DNA of 32,447 nucleotides from Betaproteobacteria bacterium (GCA_029883965.1 JAOUIN010000003.1:1-32447), one strand, 5' to 3'. Counted from the stretch's first letter, positions 10,239 through 19,857 are shown. Translations and numbers: made by a program. Notes: a model not told the origin generated them from the sequence alone.

Positions 10239-10508
10239 CTATTCGCCCTCGCCGAAGCGATCCGCAATCAGTTTGCACAGCGCCTGAATGGCTTCGGATT
10301 CGTCCGGTCCATCGGTCTCGACGACGACCTTCGAACCCCTGGCCGCAGCCAGCATCATGACACCCATGATGCTTTTGGCATTGACCCGGCGACCATTGCG
10401 GCTTAACCAGATATTGCTGGCGTAGCCACTGGCGGCCTGCGTCAGCTTTGCCGATGCCCGGGCATGCAGCCCGAGCTTGTTGATGATCTCAGCTTCCTGT
10501 TGCAGCAT
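10239..10508 (-). CDS. ptsH: Phosphocarrier protein HPr
   Basis: Start at ATG 10508 (MLQQEAEIINKLGLHARASAK). His15 motif GLHAR and Ser46 motif NAKSIMGVM; 89 aa. Confidence 0.95.
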   Translation of the reverse strand: MLQQEAEIINKLGLHARASAKLTQAASGYASNIWLSRNGRRVNAKSIMGVMMLAAARGSKVVVETDGPDESEAIQALCKLIADRFGEGE

Positions 10509-10911
10509 TCTGGACCGTGGCAAAGGCGGGGGGGACACGTAATACGCCTTCGCAGCCGCCGCTGATGGCCTTGGTCGTCATTACCGAAAGCGACTTGTCG
10601 CGATAGGTCAGTGCCCGGATCAGCATCGGCAGACTGACGCCGGCAATGGCTTCGACTTTTCCGGGAATCACCAGCTTTGCCGCGATGTTGGAAGGCGAAC
10701 CGCCGTACATGTCCGTCAGAATCAATACGCCGTCGCCTTCATCCAGCTCCTTGACCACCTTGCGCGCCTGTGGCGCCAGCAGTACCGGGTCGTCCTGTGC
10801 GGCGACGCCGATCTGGCGCAGGCGCGGCGGACGTTTGTTGAGCATATGGCTGGCGCAGTGAATCAGGCTCTCGCCCAGTGTACCGTGGCTGATAATCAGT
10901 ATGCCGATCAT
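10489..10911 (-). CDS. PTS EIIA component, mannose/fructose family
   Basis: MIGILIISHG (phospho-His), GVLILTDMYGGSPSN and GVSLPMLIRAL; first gene of the EIIA-HPr-EI cluster. Confidence 0.92.
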   Translation of the reverse strand: MIGILIISHGTLGESLIHCASHMLNKRPPRLRQIGVAAQDDPVLLAPQARKVVKELDEGDGVLILTDMYGGSPSNIAAKLVIPGKVEAIAGVSLPMLIRALTYRDKSLSVMTTKAISGGCEGVLRVPPAFATVQNAATGS

Positions 10912-10944
10912 GAACTTAGGGTGATGCTGTCACGAAAACGCAAT

Positions 10945-10976
10945 ACTCTACGCCCGCTTTTCTTGCGCTGCAACAT
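10945..10976 (-). promoter_or_regulatory. Putative sigma70 promoter of the PTS operon with an overlapping TGC-rich (PhaR-like) operator
   Basis: TTGCAG (10973-10968)-N17-TAGAGT (10950-10945). The dyad ATGTTGCAGCGCAAGAA (10976-10960) overlaps the -35 box. Confidence 0.45.
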
Positions 10977-11006
10977 AATTTGTCACGCATGTGGCAGATT
11001 TGCCGA

Positions 11007-11945
11007 TCAAACGGATTTTTCCAATGTATCCAGGAACATAGCGGCCACGTTGAATCCGGATTGCTGGAAAATTTCCTGAAAACAGGTCGGACTGGTCACG
11101 TTGACTTCCGTCAGATAATCGCCGATCACGTCCAGGCCGACCAGCAGCAGGCCGGCTGCGGCTAACTGCGGGCCGAGCGTTTCGGCAATCGTAAGGTCGC
11201 GTGCCGTCAGCTCCCGTGCGACTCCGGTGCCGCCGGCCGCGAGGTTGCCGCGCGTCTCGCCGGCTTTAGGTATGCGCGCCAGACAGTAAGGTACCGGCTT
11301 GCCGCCGATCACCAGCACGCGCTTGTCTCCGTCGCGGATCTCGGGAATATAGCGTTGCGCCATGACCGTGCGTTCACCGGTGCCGGTCAGCGTTTCGATG
11401 ATGACATTGATATTGGGATCGGCGAGCCGTACGCGGAACACCGATGCGCCGCCCATGCCGTCCAGCGGTTTGAGAATGATGTCCGAGTGCTCGTGCAGAA
11501 ACTCATGCAGCAATTCCACGCGGCGGGTGACCAGCGTCGGGGCGATGAATTCGGAGAAGCGCGAAATGGCCATTTTTTCGTTGTAGTCGCGGATGGCCTG
11601 CGGGCGGTTGAAGACACGCGCGCCACGGCGCTCGGCCATTTCGAGCAGATAGGTACTGTAGACATACTCCATGTCGAACGGCGGATCCTTGCGCATCAGC
11701 ACCGCGTCGAACTGCTCCAGCGGCGTTGAAATTGGCGCATCAAGCCGGTACCAGTCCGGCTTGCCGCCGGTCAGATGCAGGCGGCGGGCGTAGCCGTTGA
11801 CACTCTGTTTGTACCAAGCGAGGTCCTGCTGCTGCAGGGCATGCAGGTCATGACCGCGCGCCGCAGCCTCCTGCATGATGGCGTAGGTTGTGTCTTTTTC
11901 CAGTTTGAAATCGTCGAGCGGGTCAACGATGAAGGCAAGTTTCAT
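11007..11945 (-). CDS. gshB: Glutathione synthetase
   Basis: MKLAFIVDPL, KDTTYAIM, LMRKDPPFDMEY, KPLDGMGG, GETRGNLAAGG and EVNVTSPT. Confidence 0.97.
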   Translation of the reverse strand: MKLAFIVDPLDDFKLEKDTTYAIMQEAAARGHDLHALQQQDLAWYKQSVNGYARRLHLTGGKPDWYRLDAPISTPLEQFDAVLMRKDPPFDMEYVYSTYLLEMAERRGARVFNRPQAIRDYNEKMAISRFSEFIAPTLVTRRVELLHEFLHEHSDIILKPLDGMGGASVFRVRLADPNINVIIETLTGTGERTVMAQRYIPEIRDGDKRVLVIGGKPVPYCLARIPKAGETRGNLAAGGTGVARELTARDLTIAETLGPQLAAAGLLLVGLDVIGDYLTEVNVTSPTCFQEIFQQSGFNVAAMFLDTLEKSV

Positions 11946-13246
11946 TGTACTGCGTGGAGCAATGCCGGTTCGGCTGCGATATCCATGCGCTCGATTTCAA
12001 CAGCAGCAGCGACCAGCGCCAGCCTGGCAATCACGCCATAGGCGTAGAAGCGGTTGGGCGGGCAGCCCGGGTCTTCAGGATTCGGCGATGAACACGGCTC
12101 GGCAAATGCCAGCGGCGAGAACTGCATGCCCGGCGCATTGAGGTTCTGATCCTTGCCGCGTGCGGTATGTATCCGGTAGAAGCCGCCGACTACAAAATGG
12201 TCGATCATGTAAACCACAGGTTCTGCGACAGCGTCACCCACGGTTTCAAACGAGTAGACGCCCTCCTGCACGATGACATCCTGGACTTCGAGACCTTCCT
12301 TGACGACGGCCATCTTGTTGCGCTGCTTGCGGTTGAGACCCTTGACCTCGGACGGGTCCTTGACGGTCATGATGCCCATGCCGTAGGTGCCGGCATCCGC
12401 CTTGACGATGACGAACGGTTCGTCCTTGACCCCGTACTCGGCGTACTTCCGGCGAATGTCTTCAAGTATTTCGGAAACGTATCCTTCAAGGCATTCTTCG
12501 CCCTGGCGCTCGCGGAAATTGATCTTGCCGCACTTCTCGAAATAAGGGTTGATCAGCCACGGATCAATGCCGACCAGCGTGGAGAAGTCGCGGACAACAT
12601 CGTCGTACGCGGCGAAATGATTGGACTTGCGGCGTGTCGCCCATCCGGCGTGGACGGGCGGAAGCACGGCCTGCTCCAGGCCCTGCATGATTGCCGGGAC
12701 ACCGCCCGACAGGTCATTGTTCAGCAATACAACGCAGGGATCAAAGTCGCCGACCTTGAGGCGATTGCCATCCCGTCGCAGCGGCTCCAGCCGCAACGTC
12801 GCGCCGCTAGGCAGTTCCAGATCCGTTGCCGCAGTGATCTCCGGCAGCAGACTGCCGATGCGCACTTCGACGCCGGCGTGTCGCAGAATCGTGGCCAGCT
12901 TCTCGACATTCTGCAGGTAAAACTGGTTGCGCGTGTGGTTTTCCGGGATCAGCACTAGGCCATGCGCATCCGGGCAGGCCTTTTCGATGGCGGACATTGC
13001 CGCCTGCACGCACAATGTATGAAAATCCGGATTGAGATTGTTGAAGCCCCCCGGAAACAGGTTCGTGTCTACGGGTGCGAGCTTGAACCCGGCGTTGCGC
13101 AGATCGACGGATGCATAAAAAGGCGCGTTATGCTCCTGCCATTGAGCGCGCAGCCAGTGCTCAATATCCGCAGTGGCCTTGAGCACATGATGCTCAAGTT
13201 CCTGCAAAGGCCCGGTAAGTGCAGTGGTGAGATGCGGAACGGTCAT
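11942..13246 (-). CDS. gshA: Glutamate--cysteine ligase (betaproteobacterial type)
   Basis: VPHLTTALTGPL, FYASVDLRNAGFKLAPVDTNLFPGGFNNL, VKADAGTYGMGIM and NLNAPGM; 4-nt overlap with gshB. Confidence 0.95.
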   Translation of the reverse strand: MTVPHLTTALTGPLQELEHHVLKATADIEHWLRAQWQEHNAPFYASVDLRNAGFKLAPVDTNLFPGGFNNLNPDFHTLCVQAAMSAIEKACPDAHGLVLIPENHTRNQFYLQNVEKLATILRHAGVEVRIGSLLPEITAATDLELPSGATLRLEPLRRDGNRLKVGDFDPCVVLLNNDLSGGVPAIMQGLEQAVLPPVHAGWATRRKSNHFAAYDDVVRDFSTLVGIDPWLINPYFEKCGKINFRERQGEECLEGYVSEILEDIRRKYAEYGVKDEPFVIVKADAGTYGMGIMTVKDPSEVKGLNRKQRNKMAVVKEGLEVQDVIVQEGVYSFETVGDAVAEPVVYMIDHFVVGGFYRIHTARGKDQNLNAPGMQFSPLAFAEPCSSPNPEDPGCPPNRFYAYGVIARLALVAAAVEIERMDIAAEPALLHAVQ

Positions 13247-13288
13247 GGTTCCGGATTGTAGCCGATGATACGAGCGGTTGCCCCGTAC

Positions 13289-13315
13289 AAAAAAAGCGGG
13301 CGCCGAAGCGCCCGC
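13289..13315 (-). terminator. Rho-independent terminator downstream of amtB
   Basis: Minus strand GCGGGCGC-TTCG-GCGCCCGC-TTTTTTT: 8-bp stem, UUCG tetraloop, 7 U. Confidence 0.92.
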
Positions 13316-13338
13316 AAACTCAGAGAATCAAATGCTCA

Positions 13339-14829
13339 TCACGATCTGTGGTAAGCCGCCTCGCCATGTTCGTTGATGTCCAGACCTTCGCGCTCGACTT
13401 CTTCGGTCACACGCAGTCCGACGATCATGTCGACGATCTTGTAGGCAATGAAGGCGACCACGCCAGACCAGACAATGGCCGTACCCACGCCCCACAACTG
13501 GCTGATGAGCTGCGCACCCATGTCGAAGTCCGCGACCTTGTTGGCAACGTAGTCATACACGCCCGTGCCGCCCAGAGCCGGCGACACGAAGACGCCGGTC
13601 AGGATTGAGCCGACGATGCCGCCGACCGCATGCACACCGAACACATCCAACGAGTCGTCCGCACCCAGCATGCGCTTCAGGCCGTTCACACCCCACAGAC
13701 AGACCACGCCGGCGATCAGGCCGATGATGATGCCGCCCATCGGACCGACGAACCCGCAGGCCGGGGTGATGGCCACCAGGCCGGCCACAGCGCCCGAAGC
13801 AGCACCCAGCATCGAGGGTTTGCCTTTCAGCATCCATTCGAAGATCATCCACGACATGGTGGCTGCAGCGGTCGCGAGCAACGTGTTGACCAACGCAAGA
13901 GTCGCGGTGCCGGTTGCTTCCAGATTGGAGCCGGCGTTGAAACCGAACCAGCCCACCCACAGCAATGCCGCGCCGACCATGGTGTAGGTCAGGTTGTGCG
14001 GGGACATCGCTTCCTTGCCCCAGCCGATACGCTTACCAACGAGGTAGGCACCCACCAGACCGGCGATGCCGGCGTTGATATGCACCACCGTGCCGCCGGC
14101 GAAGTCGAGTGCGCCCTTGGCCCACAGGAAACCGGCCGCGGCAGTGACCTTTTCAAGCGAAGCCGCATCGGTGATCGCATCCGGGCCGTCCCAGTACCAG
14201 ACCATGTGCGCCATCGGCAGATAGGCGAACGTGAACCAGATGATCGTGAACAGGAGCACCGCGGAGAATTTCATGCGCTCCGCAAATGCGCCGACGATCA
14301 GAGCAGGCGTGATACCGGCAAACGTGGCCTGGAAGGCGATAAACACCAGTTCGGGCAGGACTACACCTTTGCTGAATGTCGCACCTACGGAGTCTGCGGT
14401 TACGCCCGACAGGAACAGCTTGTCGAAGTTGCCGATGAACGTGCCACTGCCCCCGAATGCAAGGCTGTAGCCGTAGATGGCCCACAGCACCACGCACATC
14501 GAGAACACGACGTAGACCTGCATTAAAACGGACAACGCGTTTTTGGCGCGCACCATGCCGCCATAGAACAGCGCAAGGCCGGGCACGGTCATCAGGATGA
14601 CCAGGATGGTTGCCATCATCATCCACGCCGTATCGCCTTTGTTCGGTGTGGGTGCGGGTGCGGCCTCTGCCGGTGCGGCGGGCGCCGCGGCGGCTGGTGT
14701 TGCCGCCGGAGCCGTCATCGCGGAGGCGGCTGCAGCGGGTGCTTCAGCGGGTTTGTCCTGCGCAACGGCCGGCGCGCCCGCGAATCCGAGGGCGCCGAGC
14801 AGTGCCAGAACCGTGAATAGTTTTTTCAT
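13339..14829 (-). CDS. amtB: Ammonium transporter
   Basis: ATG 14829 follows a GGAG SD. Signal peptide and Ala/Pro-rich linker, then GDTAWM, PGLALFYGG, DFAGGTVVH, WFGFNAGS and DDSLDVFGVH. Downstream of glnK. Confidence 0.97.
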   Translation of the reverse strand: MKKLFTVLALLGALGFAGAPAVAQDKPAEAPAAAASAMTAPAATPAAAAPAAPAEAAPAPTPNKGDTAWMMMATILVILMTVPGLALFYGGMVRAKNALSVLMQVYVVFSMCVVLWAIYGYSLAFGGSGTFIGNFDKLFLSGVTADSVGATFSKGVVLPELVFIAFQATFAGITPALIVGAFAERMKFSAVLLFTIIWFTFAYLPMAHMVWYWDGPDAITDAASLEKVTAAAGFLWAKGALDFAGGTVVHINAGIAGLVGAYLVGKRIGWGKEAMSPHNLTYTMVGAALLWVGWFGFNAGSNLEATGTATLALVNTLLATAAATMSWMIFEWMLKGKPSMLGAASGAVAGLVAITPACGFVGPMGGIIIGLIAGVVCLWGVNGLKRMLGADDSLDVFGVHAVGGIVGSILTGVFVSPALGGTGVYDYVANKVADFDMGAQLISQLWGVGTAIVWSGVVAFIAYKIVDMIVGLRVTEEVEREGLDINEHGEAAYHRS

Positions 14830-14841
14830 TTTGTTCTCCAA

Positions 14842-15243
<402 letters not shown>

Positions 15244-16029
15244 TCAGAAGGTTTTCGACACAAAAGCCGTGAACGCGCTCTTGCCGAGCTTGCGCGCGCC
15301 CGCGGCGGCCGGAGTCGTGTAAAACGCCTCCTGGGTCGCCGACATGCTGGTGTCCGTGTAAAACGCACCGATGGTGAAGTCCTTCGGCAGGGCGTAGTTC
15401 AGGCCCAGCTTCCAGTCTTCGTATGACGCGTTCGAGTCATTGGATACACCGGCGGTGTTCCCTTTGAACTTCTGCTTGCCGTAATGCGCGACCAGCGTCA
15501 GTTTTTCCGTCAACGGATAATTGGCGGTCAAATCGAGGTAATAGGTGCCGCTGCTGTCACCGACGCCGAAGGTCTTGTCAGTCGCGCTGTGGGAGTACTT
15601 TGCGCTCAGCCATTTCCAGGACAGCGCGCCGTAGAGTTCCAGCGTATCGGCCTTGTTGCCACCGGCAACCACGTCACCCGGATAGTAGTACTGCAGCAGG
15701 CCGACGTCGAAACCGAAGTCATTGGCGAAGCTGCCCTTGTAGCCGCCGTAAAAATCCATTTCCAGGCTGCCACCGGAGGAATAGGCGTTGAAATCGCGCA
15801 GCCAGCTCACGTTGGAGGCCCAGACGCCGGCATAGATGCCGCTGGAATGGCTGTAATCGAAGCCGCCCTGCAGAGCCGGGTCGCCGTTGGTCTGCGCCAG
15901 ACCGCGGAAAATGTACTGGCTGTACAGGCCCATGTTGCCGGCCAGTGAGTGCGGCGAATCTGCAGCAGTGGCGAATGCGGGGCTGAACGCGGAAGCGATC
16001 AGTCCGGCGATGAGGGTCTTCTTGAACAT
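15244..16029 (-). CDS. TorF-family putative outer-membrane porin (Gcw_chp-like)
   Basis: ATG 16029 follows an AAGGA SD. Signal peptide, SQYIFRGLAQT, ALQGGFDYSH, YAGVWASNV, EMDFYGGY and C-terminal Phe; usual position upstream of glnK-amtB. Confidence 0.88.
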   Translation of the reverse strand: MFKKTLIAGLIASAFSPAFATAADSPHSLAGNMGLYSQYIFRGLAQTNGDPALQGGFDYSHSSGIYAGVWASNVSWLRDFNAYSSGGSLEMDFYGGYKGSFANDFGFDVGLLQYYYPGDVVAGGNKADTLELYGALSWKWLSAKYSHSATDKTFGVGDSSGTYYLDLTANYPLTEKLTLVAHYGKQKFKGNTAGVSNDSNASYEDWKLGLNYALPKDFTIGAFYTDTSMSATQEAFYTTPAAAGARKLGKSAFTAFVSKTF

Positions 16030-16080
16030 GTTTGTCCTTTCGGTGTGGGTTTGTGCGCAAAATATCTGCACATCCCCTTG

Positions 16081-16096
16081 AGCAGGTACCGTGCCA
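16081..16096 (-). promoter_or_regulatory. sigma54 (-24/-12) promoter of the porin-glnK-amtB operon
   Basis: Minus strand TGGCACGGTACCTGCT: GG and GC are separated by exactly 10 nt, near-consensus TGGCACG-N4-TTGC. Confidence 0.85.
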
Positions 16097-16113
16097 GATT
16101 TAAATACCTTTAA

Positions 16114-16126
16114 AAACAAATATTTA
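16114..16126. promoter_or_regulatory. Possible IHF site between the sigma54 promoter and its enhancers
   Basis: AAACAA-ATAT-TTA, one mismatch to WATCAA-N4-TTR, within an AT-rich tract. Confidence 0.45.
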
Positions 16127-16158
16127 TCTCTATTCGGTGGTTCTCAACAAATCTTGTG

Positions 16159-16207
16159 CGCACCAACATAGTGCATACATCGGCGCGTGTCGCACCGTAT
16201 TTGGGCG
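16159..16207. promoter_or_regulatory. Tandem NtrC-binding enhancer sites
   Basis: CGCACC-AACAT-AGTGCA (16159-16175) and CGCACC-GTATT-TGGGCG (16191-16207) resemble TGCACC-N5-GGTGCA. They are 32 bp apart, upstream of the sigma54 promoter. Confidence 0.75.
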
Positions 16208-16291
16208 TCCCTGCCCGATTACGGACCGCGCACCGTGTTGCCACAAGGTTTGTGGTACATGTTGTTAAACTGGCACCTTGCCGGGGGCTAT

Positions 16292-16540
16292 ATGGATCAG
16301 AAACTGCTGGATGAAATCAATGAGCGGATCAGGGCCGTGCTGGTGCAAGGCCCCGCGGCCGATGTAGAAAAGAATTTGCGTGCAATGCTGGCCGGATTGT
16401 TCAGCCGCCTCGACCTGGTGCGCCGCGATGAATTTGACGTGCAGCGTGAGGTGCTGGCGCGCACCCGGGCAAAGCTCGCCGAACTGGAAAAACAAGTCGC
16501 CGTACTGGAGGCGGCCGCGACAAAGTCGCCGGAGCGTTGA
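16292..16540 (+). CDS. ubiK: UbiK/BMFP-family accessory factor
   Basis: 82 aa from ATG 16292 with LDLVRRDEFDVQREVLARTRAKLAELE. Conserved position divergent from glnK and upstream of comM/yifB. Confidence 0.88.
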   Translation: MDQKLLDEINERIRAVLVQGPAADVEKNLRAMLAGLFSRLDLVRRDEFDVQREVLARTRAKLAELEKQVAVLEAAATKSPER

Positions 16541-16642
16541 TCGGTTACGTCGCGTGACCGCTGCAGTTGCGGCGGGCGGTCAGCCGCCGGCTACTCACAA
16601 CCGTTGTATCGTTTCCCCCTATTTCGGGTGCACGGAATCCAC

Positions 16643-18139
16643 GTGTCGCTGGCAGTACTCTATAGTCGCGCCCTTGCGGGCATGAATGCTCCTCTGGTGA
16701 CCGTGGAAACCCACCTCGCCAACGGGTTGCCGAGCTTTACCATCGTCGGGCTGCCGGAAGCCGAAGTGAAAGAGGCCAAGGACCGGGTGCGAGCGGCTTT
16801 GCAGAACGCCCAGTTTGAATTCCCGCAACGGCGCATCACCGTCAATCTGGCGCCCGCCGATCTGCCCAAGGAGTCGGGGCGCTTCGACTTGCCGATCGCG
16901 CTGGGCATACTCGCCGCTTCCGGACAAATTCCCGATAAACAGCTCGGCGATTACGAATTTGCCGGCGAACTGGCCTTGACCGGCGAATTGCGTCCCGTGC
17001 GCGGCGCGCTGGCAATGGCGCTTGCCGTCGCGCACGATGGGCGGGCTTTTGTTCTGCCGCAGGCGAGCGCGGTGGAAGCCGCGTTGGCGGAACAGACCGT
17101 GGTCCATGAAGCCGCTACGCTGAATGATGTGTGCGCACATCTGACCGGACGGCACGGGCTTGCACGCGCGCAGCCGGTCGATTTCTCCGGTGAATATCGG
17201 TATCCGGACCTGCTCGATGTCAAGGGGCAAAGCCATGCGCGGCGCGCTCTGGAAATTGCCGCGACCGGTGGTCACAGCCTGCTGATGGCGGGGCCGCCGG
17301 GTACCGGAAAAACCATGCTGGCGCAACGCCTGCCGGGTTTGCTGCCGCCGATGACGCAACAGGAGGCCGTGGAATCGGCGGCGATTCAGTCGATCGGCTC
17401 CGGCGGATTTGATGTCACGGCGTGGAAACGCCGCCCGTACCGCGCGCCGCACCATACTGCTTCGGCGGTGGCATTGGTCGGTGGCGGCAGCAATCCGCGG
17501 CCCGGTGAAATTTCCCTGGCCATGCACGGGGTGTTGTTTCTCGATGAGTTGCCGGAATTCGACCGCAGGGTGCTTGAAGTACTGCGTGAACCGCTGGAGT
17601 CGGGGCGCATTACCGTCTCGCGTGCCGCGCGCCAGGCGGATTTCCCGGCACGGTTCCAGCTGATTGTGGCGATGAATCCCTGTCCCTGCGGATTTCTCGG
17701 GCATTACAACGGGCGGTGCCGCTGCACTCCGGACCAGGTCGCGCGTTACCGATCGCGTATATCAGGCCCGCTGCTTGATCGCATCGATTTGCAGATCGAA
17801 GTGCCCGCACTGGCCCATGAAGACCTCACGCGCCACGCCGGCGGCGAGTCCACTGCAGTAGTCCGTGCCCGCGTGATTGCGGCGCGCGAGCGCGCACTGG
17901 TGCGGCAGGGCAAGGCCAATGCGCTGCTAACGACACGCGGGATGGACCGGTACTGCGCACCCGACGCGCCGGGTGAGTCCCTGCTCAAGCAGGCAATTGC
18001 CCGATTGGGCCTTTCGGCGCGGGCGTACCACCGTATTCTGAGGGTTGCACGGACGATTGCCGATCTGGCCGGTGCGGACAGGGTCGCCGCTGCGCATGTC
18101 GCGGAGGCCATCCAATACCGCCGGATGGATCGGGCGTGA
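16643..18139 (+). CDS. comM: YifB/ComM-family Mg-chelatase-like AAA+ ATPase
   Basis: GTG start (MSLAVLYSRAL), ITVNLAPADLPKESGRFDLPIA, Walker A GPPGTGKT, GVLFLDELPEF, MNPCPCG and SGPLLDRID. Confidence 0.92.
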   Translation: MSLAVLYSRALAGMNAPLVTVETHLANGLPSFTIVGLPEAEVKEAKDRVRAALQNAQFEFPQRRITVNLAPADLPKESGRFDLPIALGILAASGQIPDKQLGDYEFAGELALTGELRPVRGALAMALAVAHDGRAFVLPQASAVEAALAEQTVVHEAATLNDVCAHLTGRHGLARAQPVDFSGEYRYPDLLDVKGQSHARRALEIAATGGHSLLMAGPPGTGKTMLAQRLPGLLPPMTQQEAVESAAIQSIGSGGFDVTAWKRRPYRAPHHTASAVALVGGGSNPRPGEISLAMHGVLFLDELPEFDRRVLEVLREPLESGRITVSRAARQADFPARFQLIVAMNPCPCGFLGHYNGRCRCTPDQVARYRSRISGPLLDRIDLQIEVPALAHEDLTRHAGGESTAVVRARVIAARERALVRQGKANALLTTRGMDRYCAPDAPGESLLKQAIARLGLSARAYHRILRVARTIADLAGADRVAAAHVAEAIQYRRMDRA

Positions 18140-19347
18140 GCGCTCCGCCCCGACACGCGGCGCCGATCACGGCGCCGGTACTGGCGGGCATACTCGCCGC
18201 GCTGGCAATGATCGGTCCCTTCACGATCGATACCTACCTGCCGTCGTTTCCGTTTATCAGTGCCGATCTGCACGCGACGCCGGCACAGATCCAGCAGACG
18301 CTGAGTTTTTATCTGTTCACGATGGCGCTGATGACGCTGTTTCACGGAACGTTATCCGACTCTTTCGGGCGCAGGCCGGTAATACTGACCGCTCTCTCGC
18401 TCTATGTCGTGACCGCCGTCGGTTGTGCAATGGCCGACACCCTGCCGCAGCTGTTGTTCTGGCGCGCAGTGCAGGGACTGACTGCGGGAGCGGGCATGAT
18501 CGTCGGCCGCGCGATCATCCGCGACAGCTTTGCCGGCCACGACGCGCAGCGCCTGATGTCAGTGGTCACGATGATTTTCGGTATTGCGCCGGCGATTGCG
18601 CCGGTGATCGGCGGCTGGTTGCAGGGTGCATTCGGCTGGCGCGCAATTTTCTGGTTTCTGGCAACGTACGGGGCCGTGCTGTTTCTCGCTTCAGCACGCT
18701 GGCTGCCGGAAACGCACCCGGTATCTGCTGCGCGGCAGCCGTTTCATGCGGGACCGCTGCTGCGCAATTATCTGCAGCTGGGCAGCGATCGCCGGCTGGT
18801 GTTGTTGTGCCTGGTCGTGGCCTTCAACTTTTCCGGGTTTTTCCTCTATATCGTATCGGCGCCTGCCGTGATTTATGATCTGCTGCACCTGACTGCGACG
18901 GACTTCGCGTGGCTGTTCGTGCCCGGTATCGGTGGTGTCATGTTCGGCGCTTTTCTGTCCGGCCGGCTGGCGGGACGCGTGTCACCGCGCCGCACGGTGC
19001 TCATCGGGTATATGACGATGACTTGTGCCGCGGCCGGAAACATACTTTATTGCATGCTGCTTCCGCCGGCGTTGCCGTGGACGGTGCTGCCGGTGATGAT
19101 GTACACGATCGGCATGGCGCTGACGATGCCCAGTGTGTCCTTGATGACGCTGGATCTGTTCCCGCAATTGCGCGGCATGACGTCATCGCTGCAGGGGTTT
19201 GCGCACAGCCTGACGGCGGGCATCGCGGCCGGTGTCATATCACCGCTGTTGTCACACAGTGCGTTGACCCTGGCCCTCGGGATGGGCGGACTGTTGCTGC
19301 TCGGAGGGGCTTCATGGGTGCTGTACCTGCGAATTGCAGAAGAATGA
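18136..19347 (+). CDS. Bcr/CflA-family drug-resistance MFS transporter
   Basis: FTIDTYLPSF, GTLSDSFGRRPV, RAIIRD, APAIAPVIGG, GWRAIF and LPET; about 12 TM segments; 4-nt overlap with comM. Confidence 0.9.
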   Translation: MSAPPRHAAPITAPVLAGILAALAMIGPFTIDTYLPSFPFISADLHATPAQIQQTLSFYLFTMALMTLFHGTLSDSFGRRPVILTALSLYVVTAVGCAMADTLPQLLFWRAVQGLTAGAGMIVGRAIIRDSFAGHDAQRLMSVVTMIFGIAPAIAPVIGGWLQGAFGWRAIFWFLATYGAVLFLASARWLPETHPVSAARQPFHAGPLLRNYLQLGSDRRLVLLCLVVAFNFSGFFLYIVSAPAVIYDLLHLTATDFAWLFVPGIGGVMFGAFLSGRLAGRVSPRRTVLIGYMTMTCAAAGNILYCMLLPPALPWTVLPVMMYTIGMALTMPSVSLMTLDLFPQLRGMTSSLQGFAHSLTAGIAAGVISPLLSHSALTLALGMGGLLLLGGASWVLYLRIAEE

Positions 19348-19470
19348 CCCGAAAACGGAAATGCATCCGGCCCTGTAACGACGTCGTGGCGCCCCTTATG
19401 GTCCGTGGCGTTGGACAGGCACGGATGGACCTGCTTGGCCGGCATTAATCCCGCTGGCCGGGCGCGGCGA

Positions 19471-19857
19471 TCAGCACTGCTCCCACGGCAGGCCATCATG
19501 CCGCCAGCCGGTTTTTTCGTTGCGATGGTGACTCTCGTCGAGTTCCCCCTCGAAACCGTGCAACACGTTGTACACCTGGGTAAAGCCGGCTTCTTCCAGC
19601 GCGCGGCCGGCATCGAGTGAGCGGTTGCCGCTGCGGCAGATTACGATGATCGGGCGGTCGACGCTGGCGGCTTTCTTGACGTGTGCGACGAACTGCGGGT
19701 TGATTTCCCAGTTCGGGCCGTCGTTCCAGGCGACGTGGATCGCGCCCACCGGATGTCCGACAAAAAGGTACTCCATTTCGCTGCGGCAATCGATGAATAC
19801 CGAGTTCGGATTTTTCTTCAGAAAGTCGTATGCGTCCTTGGGTTCGAGATGTTTCAT
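19471..19857 (-). CDS. Single-domain rhodanese-like sulfurtransferase
   Basis: FIDCRSEMEYLFVGH, active-site loop ICRSGNRS and YNVLHGFEG...GW. Start could be 19857 or 19866. Confidence 0.88.
   Translation of the reverse strand: MKHLEPKDAYDFLKKNPNSVFIDCRSEMEYLFVGHPVGAIHVAWNDGPNWEINPQFVAHVKKAASVDRPIIVICRSGNRSLDAGRALEEAGFTQVYNVLHGFEGELDESHHRNEKTGWRHDGLPWEQC

Noticed and set aside
14650-14760. Low-complexity Ala/Pro repeat-like stretch in amtB
   Set aside because: Ordinary periplasmic linker after the AmtB signal peptide, not a DNA repeat array.
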